Shown here piece after piece: positions 18,685 to 28,409 of a DNA stretch of 64,000 nt. Every line of letters begins with the position of its first letter. The first letter of the stretch is position 1. The translations under genes were made by a program, and so were the position numbers. Source of the DNA: an uncultured bacterium (lineage in GTDB: Bacteria; Armatimonadota; Hebobacteria; CAIYQO01); NCBI GenBank assembly GCA_964590255.1, contig CAZPYA010000006.1, positions 7,362 through 71,361 on the forward strand, in the 5' to 3' direction. The notes under the pieces were generated by a model, which made no database searches, was not told the origin of the DNA, and saw nothing but the letters and a program-made list of their open reading frames with translations.

Positions 18685-19887
18685 TCAGGAACGGACTACC
18701 GGCCGGCCCAGGCTGGCCGTGGCGTAAGCCGCCATGCCGGCGCCCTCTCCCGCGAACCCCAACCCTTCGGTGGTGGTCGCCTTCACGGACACCTGCGCCA
18801 CCGTCACCGCCAGCGCCTCCGCCAGCCGCGCCCGCATCTCCGGGATGTACGGGGCCAGTTTGGGCGCCTGCGCGACGATGGTCGCGTCGATATTACCAAT
18901 GACATACCCGCTGTCGCGCACCAGCGTCCCCACCTGCGCCAGCAGCGCCAGGCTGGAGATGCCGCGGTAGCGCGGGTCGGTATCAGGAAAATGCTGGCCG
19001 ATGTCGCCCAGCGCCGCCGCGCCCAGCAGGGCGTCGATGACGGCGTGCGCCAGCACGTCGGCGTCGGAATGGCCCAGCAAGCCCAATGCATGCGGCACGG
19101 TGACCCCGCCCAGCACCAACGGGCGGTCGGGTGCCAGGCGGTGGACGTCGTAGCCGAAGCCGGAACGGGGGGTGGATGGCACATCCGCGCGCCCAAGGAG
19201 GCGTTCGGCGAGGGCCAGGTCGTCGGGGCCGGTGATCTTGAAATTCAACGCATCGCCCTCCACCAGGTGTACGCGGTGGCCGGCGCGTTCGACCACGGCG
19301 GCGTCATCGGTGACGTCCCAGTTCTCGGCGATGGCGCGGGCGTAGGCGGCGCGGGCCAGGTCGGCGCGGAAGCCCTGCGGGGTTTGCGCGCCCCACAGGC
19401 CGGCGCGGGGCAGGGTGGCTGCCACCGTGCCGCCGGCATCGGCGCGCTTCAGCGTATCCGCCACCGGGCAGGCCACCACCGCGGCGCCGTGCGCGCGCAC
19501 CGCGTCGATGCAGGCGCTGATGACCCGCTGAGAGACGAAAGGCCGGGCGGCATCGTGGATGAGTACGATATCCGAACCGGCCGACATCTCCTGCAAGCCC
19601 TGCCAGACGGAATCGCGCCGTTCGGCGCCGCCCAGCACCACCTTTTCCGTCACGGTCGCGGGACCACCGGCGATGAGAGCCCGGGCGCGCTCCATATCGT
19701 CCGCCGCCGCGATGAGGAGAATCTCCGTCACCGCCGGGTGGCTGCGGAAGGTAGCGAGGGCGTACGTGAGTAACGGACGTCCCCCGAGCGTGACCCAGGC
19801 CTTGCGCTCCGCGTTACGGAGTCTTGCGCCGGCCCCCGCGGCCGGAATAAGAACTGTTGCCGTCTTCGGACTCCTCCTGTCCCTCAT
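18685..19887 (-). CDS. ispDF: Bifunctional MEP cytidylyltransferase / MECDP synthase
   Basis: N-terminus [12 protein letters not shown] (IspD). C-terminus [42 protein letters not shown] (IspF). Confidence 0.95.
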   Translation of the reverse strand: MRDRRSPKTATVLIPAAGAGARLRNAERKAWVTLGGRPLLTYALATFRSHPAVTEILLIAAADDMERARALIAGGPATVTEKVVLGGAERRDSVWQGLQEMSAGSDIVLIHDAARPFVSQRVISACIDAVRAHGAAVVACPVADTLKRADAGGTVAATLPRAGLWGAQTPQGFRADLARAAYARAIAENWDVTDDAAVVERAGHRVHLVEGDALNFKITGPDDLALAERLLGRADVPSTPRSGFGYDVHRLAPDRPLVLGGVTVPHALGLLGHSDADVLAHAVIDALLGAAALGDIGQHFPDTDPRYRGISSLALLAQVGTLVRDSGYVIGNIDATIVAQAPKLAPYIPEMRARLAEALAVTVAQVSVKATTTEGLGFAGEGAGMAAYATASLGRPVVRS

Positions 19888-20995
19888 ACTTGAGATCGGC
19901 GAAGATCATCTTCACCGCCAGCGTTTGCAACGCGCTGGAGACGGGGACCGTCACCGTGTCGCCCAGCATTTTCTTGCCGTTTTCCACGACGACCATCGTG
20001 CCGTCGTCCAGGTAACCAACCCCCTGGTTATATTCTTTCCCTTCCCGCACAATGGTAACCACCAATTCTTCACCCGGCAGCACCACCGGCTTCACGGCAT
20101 TGGCCAGTTCGTTGATATTCAGCACGCGCACGCCGTGCAGTTTGGCAACCTTATTCAGATTATAATCGTTCGTGACGATGTCCGCGCTCATCGACTTGGC
20201 CAATTTCACCAACTTGATGTCAACAGCGTCCCCCGGCGCGAACGTGATTTTATAACGGTCGACGATACGCAGCGAGCCTTCCATCTCCGTCTGCAATTGA
20301 TGGAGGATGTCCAGGCCGCGGCGGCCGCGGTTGCGGCGCAGCGCATCGGCCGAGTCGGCGATGTGGTGCAGCTCTTCCAGTACGAAACCGGGCAGGATGA
20401 GCGTGCCGTCCAGGAAGCCGGCGCGGCAAATGTCGTAGATGCGGCCATCGATGATGACGTTGGTGTCCAGCAGCTTCGGAATGGTGTTTTGCACCGCCGG
20501 CGCCGCGCCCGCCGCCGCGCTGCCGCCCTTGCTGCCGGGCAGCAGGAACTTCATCTCGTCCTTCATGCTGAGGGCGATGACGTTGCCCAGCCAGATGATG
20601 AAGACGGAGGCGAGCAGCAGAATGGCGATGAGCGCGCCCATGTCGAACTTGCTCTCCGGCGCGCGCAGCGACAGCACTACCGCCCACAGCAGCACCGCCG
20701 GGATAAGCGAGATGAGCGTGCCGAAGGTGCTGGCGATCTTATCTTCAGAGGGGATGCGCTTCAGTCCCTTCGCCACCTCCGCCATGGTGCGGAACAGGCG
20801 CGTGCCGAGATAAAAGCCGATGATGGCGAAGATAATCACCACGCCGATGGGCGTGAGGGTGGTATACGCCTGCGACATCGGCAAACCCTTGTCGCGAACG
20901 AGGGCGAGGAAGTAGTTGGCGATGGCGTTGCCGATGATGGACATTGTAAAAGCCACCACCGCGCTGAATAGCATCCCGAAAATGCGCAATCCCAT
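19814..20995 (-). CDS. PIN + TRAM domain membrane protein (YacL-like)
   Basis: AAGGAG SD before the ATG at 20995. Four N-terminal TM helices, PIN segment [29 protein letters not shown], and a C-terminal TRAM-like beta domain. Confidence 0.85.
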   Translation of the reverse strand: MGLRIFGMLFSAVVAFTMSIIGNAIANYFLALVRDKGLPMSQAYTTLTPIGVVIIFAIIGFYLGTRLFRTMAEVAKGLKRIPSEDKIASTFGTLISLIPAVLLWAVVLSLRAPESKFDMGALIAILLLASVFIIWLGNVIALSMKDEMKFLLPGSKGGSAAAGAAPAVQNTIPKLLDTNVIIDGRIYDICRAGFLDGTLILPGFVLEELHHIADSADALRRNRGRRGLDILHQLQTEMEGSLRIVDRYKITFAPGDAVDIKLVKLAKSMSADIVTNDYNLNKVAKLHGVRVLNINELANAVKPVVLPGEELVVTIVREGKEYNQGVGYLDDGTMVVVENGKKMLGDTVTVPVSSALQTLAVKMIFADLKYEGQEESEDGNSSYSGRGGRRKTP

Positions 20996-21313
20996 AGTGC
21001 TGCTCCTTAAGATACGTGTATGGTTATGGTAAACTGCCGGGCCTCCCGAGGGGGCGACGGCTGTGACAAAAATCGTGTCACTGCGCCGGCTGGCGCAAAC
21101 ATATTCTCGATTATTATAGGGGATATTCGTCTGAGCGTAAAGGCGCGCCACCGGGTAAGCGTGCAGTGTTGTCAGCGCGATTCGTCACCCGCAAAGCGAA
21201 CATCGGGAGCAAAGGGGTGCCGAGAAGCATCTGCTCAAGCGGCATGATCGGCTCAATTCATACAATTGTGCGCGTTCGATCCTTTCGCGAACGCCTGCCA
21301 CGGCAGGCACGCG

Positions 21314-22708
21314 CTACGGACGCATGTTGACCGTCACCTCGCCAAACGCCGCCGCCCCCTCCGTCACAAAGGCACCCAATCCCCCTTCTCGGTGCTCATA
21401 CATCCGGCAGCACAGTGCCACGTCGTCGGCATACACCACCAAATTCGTGCCGCTGGCGATAATCTTCAGCGTCACCGGGGCGCCGGGGGTGATGGGCAGC
21501 GGGCGTTCGACGATGAATGGTTGATCGCCGGGGCGCGGCCAGCGGTCGATGACCAGCCGCTGGTTATTGGGTTCCAGGCGCACCTGGTAGTAGCGGTCCA
21601 TGGCGTCGTCCGCGCGCAGCAGCAGGCCGGCGGCGGCGGTGCCGGGCGCGACGGTCACCGTCGTCTCGATGAGGCATTCCCCCGGCATGGGGCCGAGCGC
21701 GAGCAGGCTGTGGCGACCCACGGCGTCGGTAGCGAGGCCATCCCACGCGCCCAGCACCGGACGCGGAGTCGTCGGCTGTGGGGCGGTAAAGGCGGCGAGC
21801 ACCGTCTCCGGCGGGCGCACGGTCAGCGTGCCGTCCGGTTGCTGCATCACCTCGTGCGCCACCAGTTCACCGCCCCACTGCCACCCGCCGTCGTCTTTCT
21901 CCTCGCCCCGCGTGGGCAGCCAGCCGAAGACGTAGCGCCGCGCGCCGTCGCCGGCGGTCTTCGCCGCGTAGTAGGGGCGGCCGTCGAAGCTGTCGTTGGC
22001 GGGGGCCAGCCACGGCCCGGCCAGCGAGCGGCTCATGCGGTAGTGGGTCACGCAGCGCTCGCTGAAGGTGGAATAGACCAGGTACCACCAGTCGCCGATG
22101 CGGAAGAGGTCGGGGCACTCGTGGGTGTAATATTCGTCCGGCGCCCAGAAGGGCTCGCGTACCGTCCAGGTAATCAAATCCGGGCTCGCCGCCAGCGCCG
22201 TGCAGCCGCGGTTGCGGCTCGGTCCCGTTGTCTTCCGCGCCGCCAGCAGCATCCAGTATTCGCCGGCCTCGTCGTTCCAGAAGACGAAGGGGTCGCGCCA
22301 GTCGTGCGGCTCATACCCCGCCGACGGCGCGAACCAGAATCCCGGGTCCTTCGTCCACGTCTTCAGGTCGGGGCTGGTGGCATGCATCACCCCCTCCATC
22401 GGGAACCCCGCCTCCTTGCGGTGGTGGTTATGCCCGGTGTAGAAGATGTGGAACTGCCCCTCCGCCTGAATGACGCTGCCGGTGAAGACATACAGGTCGC
22501 GCGCGTCCGTCGCCCCCCGCGCCAGCGCCTCGCCCCATTCCTCAAACGTGACAAAATCCTCCGTCACGATCTGGAACCACGGCGTCCCCTCCCCATGTCC
22601 CGCGGCGTCGCGGTAATCCTTCAGGTAAAAGAGATGGTAGCGCCCGTCATGGTAGAACGGGATAAAGTCCGCGGCCACGCCGTCGGATGGGCGATAGAAA
22701 ATAGGCAT
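21314..22708 (-). CDS. Glycoside hydrolase family 32 (beta-fructofuranosidase/levanase-like)
   Basis: WRDPFVFW (RDP motif), HECPDLF (EC motif), N-terminal ..DFIPFYHDGRYHLFYL. The ATG at 22708 is preceded by GGGGGAG. Confidence 0.8.
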   Translation of the reverse strand: MPIFYRPSDGVAADFIPFYHDGRYHLFYLKDYRDAAGHGEGTPWFQIVTEDFVTFEEWGEALARGATDARDLYVFTGSVIQAEGQFHIFYTGHNHHRKEAGFPMEGVMHATSPDLKTWTKDPGFWFAPSAGYEPHDWRDPFVFWNDEAGEYWMLLAARKTTGPSRNRGCTALAASPDLITWTVREPFWAPDEYYTHECPDLFRIGDWWYLVYSTFSERCVTHYRMSRSLAGPWLAPANDSFDGRPYYAAKTAGDGARRYVFGWLPTRGEEKDDGGWQWGGELVAHEVMQQPDGTLTVRPPETVLAAFTAPQPTTPRPVLGAWDGLATDAVGRHSLLALGPMPGECLIETTVTVAPGTAAAGLLLRADDAMDRYYQVRLEPNNQRLVIDRWPRPGDQPFIVERPLPITPGAPVTLKIIASGTNLVVYADDVALCCRMYEHREGGLGAFVTEGAAAFGEVTVNMRP

Positions 22709-22742
22709 CGGCTCCCCCTGGACTTGAAAAATGCACCAACAG

Positions 22743-22825
22743 GAAATGGGGACTGTAACGTATTTCTCGATGAGATGAAAGGTGAACGATTTCTGCTCAA
22801 CAAGAAATGCGTTGCTGTACCCATT
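22743..22825 (-). repeat. 83-nt two-copy element (copy 2), 35-117 nt upstream of the GH32 start
   Basis: Reverse complement matches 4318-4400 at both ends (22/22 and 25/27), with a 34-nt divergent core of identical length. Confidence 0.75.
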
Positions 22826-22891
22826 GCCCGCATTGCTTCCATGCCCTATTTCGCTCACGCCGCTGTTCTACCTGCAGAGTTAGAGAACCGC

Positions 22892-23317
22892 TTACTTCCC
22901 CACGCCCCAAAAATCATGCGTCGGATGCGCCTGTTCGCCGGGGTTGAGCACCCGGCTTTCCAGGTGGCCGTCGGCCGGGCAGTAGTTCCAGTGGTCGATG
23001 AGCGAGATGGCGCCGGCCTTGGCGCGCGGATTGGCGGGGATGCCGGTGCCGTCGATGCCGCCGCCGGGCTTCAAATACGGCCCCTGGTAACGCCCGGGGG
23101 TGATGGGCGCCTGCACGGATTTGCCATTCGTCGCCGTCAGGTCGAGCAGCGTCGCCGGATAAACGCCCGTGTCGGCGTGGAAACGCGCGATGGCCGCGCG
23201 GATAGTCTCCTGCGCGCCTTTCGTCCCCTGCTCGCGGACAAAGAGCCCCTTGCCGAAGAAGGCCAGCCCCACCACGGCGGCAAACCAGATGATAGTCATC
23301 ACGATACGGCGTGTCAT
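22892..23317 (-). CDS. Membrane-anchored GspG-like (T2SS pseudopilin fold) protein without a canonical prepilin motif
   Basis: TM anchor followed by ..IRAAIARFHADTGVYPATLLDL..GPYLK.., which resembles the GspG globular domain. The functional call is tentative. Confidence 0.55.
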   Translation of the reverse strand: MTRRIVMTIIWFAAVVGLAFFGKGLFVREQGTKGAQETIRAAIARFHADTGVYPATLLDLTATNGKSVQAPITPGRYQGPYLKPGGGIDGTGIPANPRAKAGAISLIDHWNYCPADGHLESRVLNPGEQAHPTHDFWGVGK

Positions 23318-23323
23318 GGTATC

Positions 23324-23332
23324 AGTATACCA
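23324..23332 (-). promoter_or_regulatory. Extended -10 promoter (TGgTATACT) giving an apparently leaderless mRNA
   Basis: On the minus strand TGGTATACT is followed by only 6 nt (GATACC) before the ATG at 23317. No SD is possible. Confidence 0.45.
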
Positions 23333-23352
23333 CCAAAGGGTGAAAGAACAGG

Positions 23353-23479
23353 TGGGCGGGCGAGCGTCCCCGCGAGCCGACTCCGGGGGGAAATCTCATC
23401 CGGCGTAATCACTCGATAGTAGAACACGACACACTGAACTTCCACACGGAGTCGGCTCGCGGGGACGCTCGCCCGCCCA
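23353..23479. repeat. Perfect 33-bp inverted repeat with a 61-nt spacer in a divergent promoter region
   Basis: TGGGCGGGCGAGCGTCCCCGCGAGCCGACTCCG (23353-23385) is the exact reverse complement of 23447-23479. One arm recurs at 28274-28306. Confidence 0.9.
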
Positions 23480-23545
23480 TTGACCTCCTTGCCGAATCCG
23501 CCCCCACCCGTTACTATGATTCATCCGTCCGCAAGGAGCCCGTCC

Positions 23546-25387
23546 ATGCGCCTGTCCCTTGTCTGCTGCGCGCTGCTCCTCGTCCTCGACGTCCTCGCCG
23601 CCCCGGTGGTGGAGATCACCACGGTGCGGCCGAATAAGATCGTCTACCCGGACGGCGAGGCGGGCACGGCGGCGGTGACGCTGACCACCGCCCAGCCTGC
23701 CGCGCAGGCGGTGACGCTGCGCGCGACGCTGCTGTGGGACATCGACCAGTCCCACGCGCTGCCCGAGCAGGCGGTGACGCTGCCGGCGAAGGGGAGCGTC
23801 ACCGCGCAGATCGCCTGGCCGGCGCCCGCCGCCCGCTACGGCCACGAGCTGCGGGTGGAAGCGCTGGTGAACGGCGCGGTGGTCGACACCGGCCGCCAGT
23901 TTTTTGGCGTGCACCGCGACTGGATGGAGCTGGTCACCGTCGCCAACGAATACCCGAACATCGAGCGAACCGACTGGCCCTTCTTCAGCTACAGCAACCT
24001 GCAGCACTGGTTCGCCTGGGCGCCCGCCGACTACGCCGGCAACGCCCCCGCCACCGATACCTGGTACGCCGGGCAGGTGCGCTGGAAGCAGACGAAACAG
24101 AGCATCGTCGACGCCGTCGCAAAATGCCACGCGATGGGCATCCACTGCACCTTCTACAACAACTCCTTCAGCAACGGCGCGGTGGGGCTGGAATGGGCCC
24201 GGCGCCACCCCGAGTGGGTGGTGCGCGAGCGCAACGGCCTGCCGCTGCTCGGCGGCAACCCCTTCGCCGCGGCGCGGCCGCCCACCGAGGAGCAGACCGG
24301 CGGCATGGGGCACGTACAGATCGATTTCTCCACTACCCCTGTGATCGAATGGGGCGCGCAAAACGTGCTGGATTCCGTGACCATGTTCGGCTGGGACGGC
24401 ATGTTCTGGGACTGCAGCGGCTGCTACGTCTTCCCCGGCTTCAGTTGGGACGGCCAGGCCACCCCACACGGGCAAAACCCCGACGCCCTCACCGCGCGCA
24501 ATTTCACCCTGTTCCACAACCTCGTCCGTAAAAAGCACCCCACCTTCGGCGTCTGGGTCAATGGTTCCATCGAGGGCTTTTCCGAGCCGTTCTGGAGCCG
24601 CTTCGGCAATGGCGGCGGCCTGCCCACCCTGGAAGCGCTGCTGCGCCAGCCGCAGACGGCGCTGCTCTCCGAGTTCCGTCACCACGAAGCCCCCGGCACG
24701 CACTTCAACAACTGGGTCCGCGCCCGCGACGCCTACCTGTCCCAGCGCGACGCCATCACCCAGCGCTTCGGCGCACCGGTGGTGTGCGGCTACACCTGGC
24801 CCGGCTACGGCTTCGGCGAGGGGAACCAGAAGGCCTACGAAGGCGCCCGTTATACCTGGACCGCCAGCAACCACTTGATGGCGCTGTACCTGGCCAGCCA
24901 GATGCATATCGCCACGAATCCGAACCCATGCATGTGGCCGGGCACGCAGTTCATGACGCGCTATTCCGCCTTGCTGTGGGCACGCGACCTGCGGACGCTG
25001 CCGGACGCGCACACGCGCTTCACCGCCGCCCTCAACCGCCCGGTGTGGTGGGAGCATTTCGCCTACCACCGTCCCACCCCGGCGGGCGAGGAGCTGCTGC
25101 TGCACCTGGTGAACGTGCCGGAAACGGAGACGGTGGATATCCTGCGCGCCGCCGATCCCCCACCCGCCGCCGGCACCGTAACGTTGACCCTGCCCCACGG
25201 CGCGACGCTGAAAGGCGCCTGGGCACTGCGAATGCGCGACTACGCGCCCGGCCGCGCCACCTGCCGGCAGGGACCGTCGCAGACGGCGCTGACCGCGAAA
25301 GTCGAGGGGGGACGAGCCACCGTGACCGTGCCGCCGTTTCTCTACCACACCCTCCTCGTCTTCCGGGTGGAAGGGAGCGCGCGATGA
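23546..25387 (+). CDS. Secreted protein (613 aa), possible TIM-barrel glycosidase-like fold; function unknown
   Basis: AAGGAG SD 7 nt before the ATG at 23546. Signal peptide MRLSLVCCALLLVLDVLAAP. No catalytic motif that I can name. Confidence 0.8.
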   Translation: MRLSLVCCALLLVLDVLAAPVVEITTVRPNKIVYPDGEAGTAAVTLTTAQPAAQAVTLRATLLWDIDQSHALPEQAVTLPAKGSVTAQIAWPAPAARYGHELRVEALVNGAVVDTGRQFFGVHRDWMELVTVANEYPNIERTDWPFFSYSNLQHWFAWAPADYAGNAPATDTWYAGQVRWKQTKQSIVDAVAKCHAMGIHCTFYNNSFSNGAVGLEWARRHPEWVVRERNGLPLLGGNPFAAARPPTEEQTGGMGHVQIDFSTTPVIEWGAQNVLDSVTMFGWDGMFWDCSGCYVFPGFSWDGQATPHGQNPDALTARNFTLFHNLVRKKHPTFGVWVNGSIEGFSEPFWSRFGNGGGLPTLEALLRQPQTALLSEFRHHEAPGTHFNNWVRARDAYLSQRDAITQRFGAPVVCGYTWPGYGFGEGNQKAYEGARYTWTASNHLMALYLASQMHIATNPNPCMWPGTQFMTRYSALLWARDLRTLPDAHTRFTAALNRPVWWEHFAYHRPTPAGEELLLHLVNVPETETVDILRAADPPPAAGTVTLTLPHGATLKGAWALRMRDYAPGRATCRQGPSQTALTAKVEGGRATVTVPPFLYHTLLVFRVEGSAR

Positions 25388-28119
25388 GACACGCCTTCGT
25401 CATCCTGTGCTTTGCGCTGGCGCTGTTTACCCGCGCCGCCGTCGTCTACCGTGCGGAGTGGGGCAAGGCCGGTGACCCGTTGGCGGGGTGGACGGCGCGC
25501 GGAACGGCGCCTACGACCGCGCCCGGTGGCGCCATCACCTTCCCCGGCGGCACCATCGTTTCGCCCAAAGTGTCGGTGCAGGGCGGGCATCACTACCGGC
25601 TGAGCTTCACCTTCCGGAAGAAAGAATTTGGTTCGCTGGACTGCTACCTCCACCAGTTCGCGAAGAGCCGCGATCTCAACGGCAATAAGTACCTGATGGG
25701 CCAAAAGCCCCCCATCGGCGACGACACGCCCATCGAGTTGGGCTTCACTGCCGAGCCGGACGCCGACAGCCTGGAAATCCTCATCGGCGCGCCGGCCACG
25801 CCGGGCCAACAGGTCGTCCTCTTCGGGCTGGCGCTCGATGATCAAGGCCCGGCGCCGGCGGTGCCACCCGATGGCACAGAGCTGCTGCCCGATCCCGGCT
25901 GGGAGAAGCTGGCCCCGCGCGAGGAGTTGCCGCAGGAGAACTCCTACTCCCGCGGCAATATCTGGATCGGTTGGGGCGCGCCCATCTCCCGCGCCGCCAC
26001 CCGCCTGCCCTCGCGCGTGCATGGCGGCGCCCAGGCGCTGCTCATTCGCTCCGGCGCCGACGTCGGCAACATCAACGGCCTGCGCTATATCGGCAATATC
26101 ACGGCACGCCTGCACGGCTGGTATGACTTCTCCTGCTGGGTTAAAGGCGAGGGCACGGTGCAGCCGTATATCTTCCTCGGCGGCGCCAACGGCAATTTCT
26201 ATACCATGGCCAACCCCACCAGCCTCCTCTCGCCGGACGAGTGGCGGCTGGTGCACCACGTCTACCACGCCGATAATCCCGCCCACGCCGGCTTCACCGT
26301 CGGGCTGATGACCCAGGGGCGCGTCTGCCTGGACGATTGCTCGGTGCGGCTCATCACCGCCGGGGAGGCGGCAACGCTGCGCGCGGAAGCGGGCAAGTGG
26401 CTGCCCCCGGCGCGGGTGGAGCAGCGTGTGCCGGAGGGTGAAAAGCGTTCACCAGACAAGGTGTCGCTGGAGAACGCCCACCTGCGCGTCACGCTGTCGC
26501 CGGTCGGCGGCGGCCACGTGACCGCCCTCACCGACAAGACGCGCAACCGGACGTGGACCGGCCTGGAACTGCTGCGGCTGGACTTCCCCGCTCAGCCCGT
26601 GCCCGTCGCCTGGAACCTGCCCTTCAAAACAGTCGTCGAGGGCGACAGCGTCACCTTCAGCCACACGGCCACCGGCGGCGCGGCCGCGCCCTTCCTCGAC
26701 GGCCTCTACCTGGAGACACGCTTCACGCTGGGCCAGGACGACCGGGTGCTGACCGTTAGTTATCGCCTCTACAACACCGGCGCCGGCACGCGCCTGCCCA
26801 ACCCCGCCGTGCGCAATGCCTGGGCCGCCGACGCCGGCATCGCGCGGCTCTCCACCGCCAGCGCCGACGGGGCCATCGTCACCGACAAGGACGCCGTCAC
26901 CATCCGCGAGCTGGCCGCCGGCTGGATGGCCGCCTCGGCGGCGGACGCCTCGCTGGCGTGGGGGTTCGACGTCACCGCCGCGCAGACCGGCGCGTTGGAC
27001 CCCGGCAAGCGCACCTGCGGCTGGAACTACCTGCGGCTGGCGCTGCCCCCCGGCGGCGCCTGGGAAACCCGCGCCTGGCTGGCCCCCTGCCCGCTGCCGG
27101 CGGTCGACTACGCCGGCCACGGCATCGCGGCCAATCTGAACCTCGTTGCGCAGGGCGAGGGCTTCACCATCGCTCCGCAAGTGGCCGCGTTGACCACCGC
27201 CGCGCCGGCGGTGAAGGCGGTGGTGATGGACTACGGCGGCACCCCGCTGGCGGCGGCCGCGCCGGGGCAGACGGCGCGCTTCACCGCGCGCGAGCGCTTC
27301 ATCACCCGGCTGGAAATCGCCGCCGGCGGGAAAACAGCCATCGCCGAACTGTTCAACGACCCCCGCGCCAGGGGCACCCAGCACGGCATCGAGGGCGCCG
27401 GGCAACTGCAGTACCGCCCCTCCGTGCCCGCCCGCGTGCTGCGCCTACCCGACATCGGCGACCGGCGGGCGGCCATCGCCAAAAGTACAACAGTCCTCTG
27501 GCTCTTCGGCCTCTACTCGCAATACTATCCGCTGGAGCCGGTGCTGAACGCGCTGGGCTGCACCGTCGAAAAGGCCGACCAAGGCGGCAGCCTGCCCGAG
27601 GAGGCGGAGGAACTGCTCGGCTACCGGGCGGTGGTCATCAGCAACATGGGCGCCGTCCACCTTTCGTCCAACGGCCGGGCGGCGCTGGCGCAATACGTGC
27701 GCGCCGGCGGGCGCCTGCTCGTCATCGGCGGCTCGCTGGCGCTGGGCAACGGCCAGACGACCGGCACCGACCTGGAAGAATTGCTGCCCGCCACCCTCGC
27801 CGGCCCCTTCGACACCCGCCCCCTGCCACGCGCGTCACAGCTCCTGCAATCGGCCCCCAAATCGCCTTTCGCCACCCTCCCCTGGAAAGCCGCCCCGCGC
27901 CTCTACTGGGCCCACCGCGTGGCACCGCGCCCTGGTGCCACCACCCTCCTCACCGCCGGCGCGCAACCCATCCTCCTCGACTGGCTCTGCGCCCGCGGCC
28001 GCGTCATGCTCTTCGCCGCCACCGTTGAAGGCGACCCCCCACCCACCGACACCCCCGCCTGGACCTGGAACGGCTGGGGCGATGTATGGTATACCGCGCT
28101 GGAGCGGTTACTGAAGTAG
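25384..28119 (+). CDS. Secreted protein (911 aa) with N-terminal CBM-like domains and a C-terminal GATase1-like domain; function unknown
   Basis: The ATG at 25384 overlaps the upstream TGA (ATGA coupling). Signal peptide MRHAFVILCFALALFTRAAV. ..RVCLDDCSVRLIT.. is CBM4/9-like. ..AVVISNMGAVHL..GGRLLVIGGSLALG.. is also present. Confidence 0.8.
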   Translation: MRHAFVILCFALALFTRAAVVYRAEWGKAGDPLAGWTARGTAPTTAPGGAITFPGGTIVSPKVSVQGGHHYRLSFTFRKKEFGSLDCYLHQFAKSRDLNGNKYLMGQKPPIGDDTPIELGFTAEPDADSLEILIGAPATPGQQVVLFGLALDDQGPAPAVPPDGTELLPDPGWEKLAPREELPQENSYSRGNIWIGWGAPISRAATRLPSRVHGGAQALLIRSGADVGNINGLRYIGNITARLHGWYDFSCWVKGEGTVQPYIFLGGANGNFYTMANPTSLLSPDEWRLVHHVYHADNPAHAGFTVGLMTQGRVCLDDCSVRLITAGEAATLRAEAGKWLPPARVEQRVPEGEKRSPDKVSLENAHLRVTLSPVGGGHVTALTDKTRNRTWTGLELLRLDFPAQPVPVAWNLPFKTVVEGDSVTFSHTATGGAAAPFLDGLYLETRFTLGQDDRVLTVSYRLYNTGAGTRLPNPAVRNAWAADAGIARLSTASADGAIVTDKDAVTIRELAAGWMAASAADASLAWGFDVTAAQTGALDPGKRTCGWNYLRLALPPGGAWETRAWLAPCPLPAVDYAGHGIAANLNLVAQGEGFTIAPQVAALTTAAPAVKAVVMDYGGTPLAAAAPGQTARFTARERFITRLEIAAGGKTAIAELFNDPRARGTQHGIEGAGQLQYRPSVPARVLRLPDIGDRRAAIAKSTTVLWLFGLYSQYYPLEPVLNALGCTVEKADQGGSLPEEAEELLGYRAVVISNMGAVHLSSNGRAALAQYVRAGGRLLVIGGSLALGNGQTTGTDLEELLPATLAGPFDTRPLPRASQLLQSAPKSPFATLPWKAAPRLYWAHRVAPRPGATTLLTAGAQPILLDWLCARGRVMLFAATVEGDPPPTDTPAWTWNGWGDVWYTALERLLK

Positions 28120-28176
28120 GGAAGTAGTTCGCGCAGCGAGTCTGAAAGTCGAAAACCCCGCCAATAGGTGTAGAAC

Positions 28177-28256
28177 AGGACTTTCTCTGCCCCCCTCTCC
28201 CAGGATTGGGAGAGGGGGGCAGGGGGGTGAGGGCCGAACGAGGAAGCGAAAGTCCT
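28177..28256. repeat. GC-rich hairpin repeat, ~80-nt type B copy with terminal inverted repeat
   Basis: AGGACTTTC...GAAAGTCCT termini enclose CCCCTCTCCCAGGATTGGGAGAGGGG. Confidence 0.85.
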
Positions 28257-28273
28257 GTATAACACATGAGCGA

Positions 28274-28306
28274 GCGAGCGTCCCCGCGAGCCGACTCCGG
28301 GGGGAA
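28274..28306 (+). repeat. Solo copy of one arm of the 23353-23479 inverted repeat
   Basis: 33-nt exact match to 23360-23392 (GCGAGCGTCCCCGCGAGCCGACTCCGGGGGGAA), with partly homologous sequence downstream. Confidence 0.85.
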
Positions 28307-28409
28307 TCGTAACTCGTCGCCACTGAAATAGTGCGCCGCTGAATCGGCATAACAGGAATCATCGGCATGAACGCGAATACTATCGAGATATCGCCAATTC
28401 AAGGGGGTT

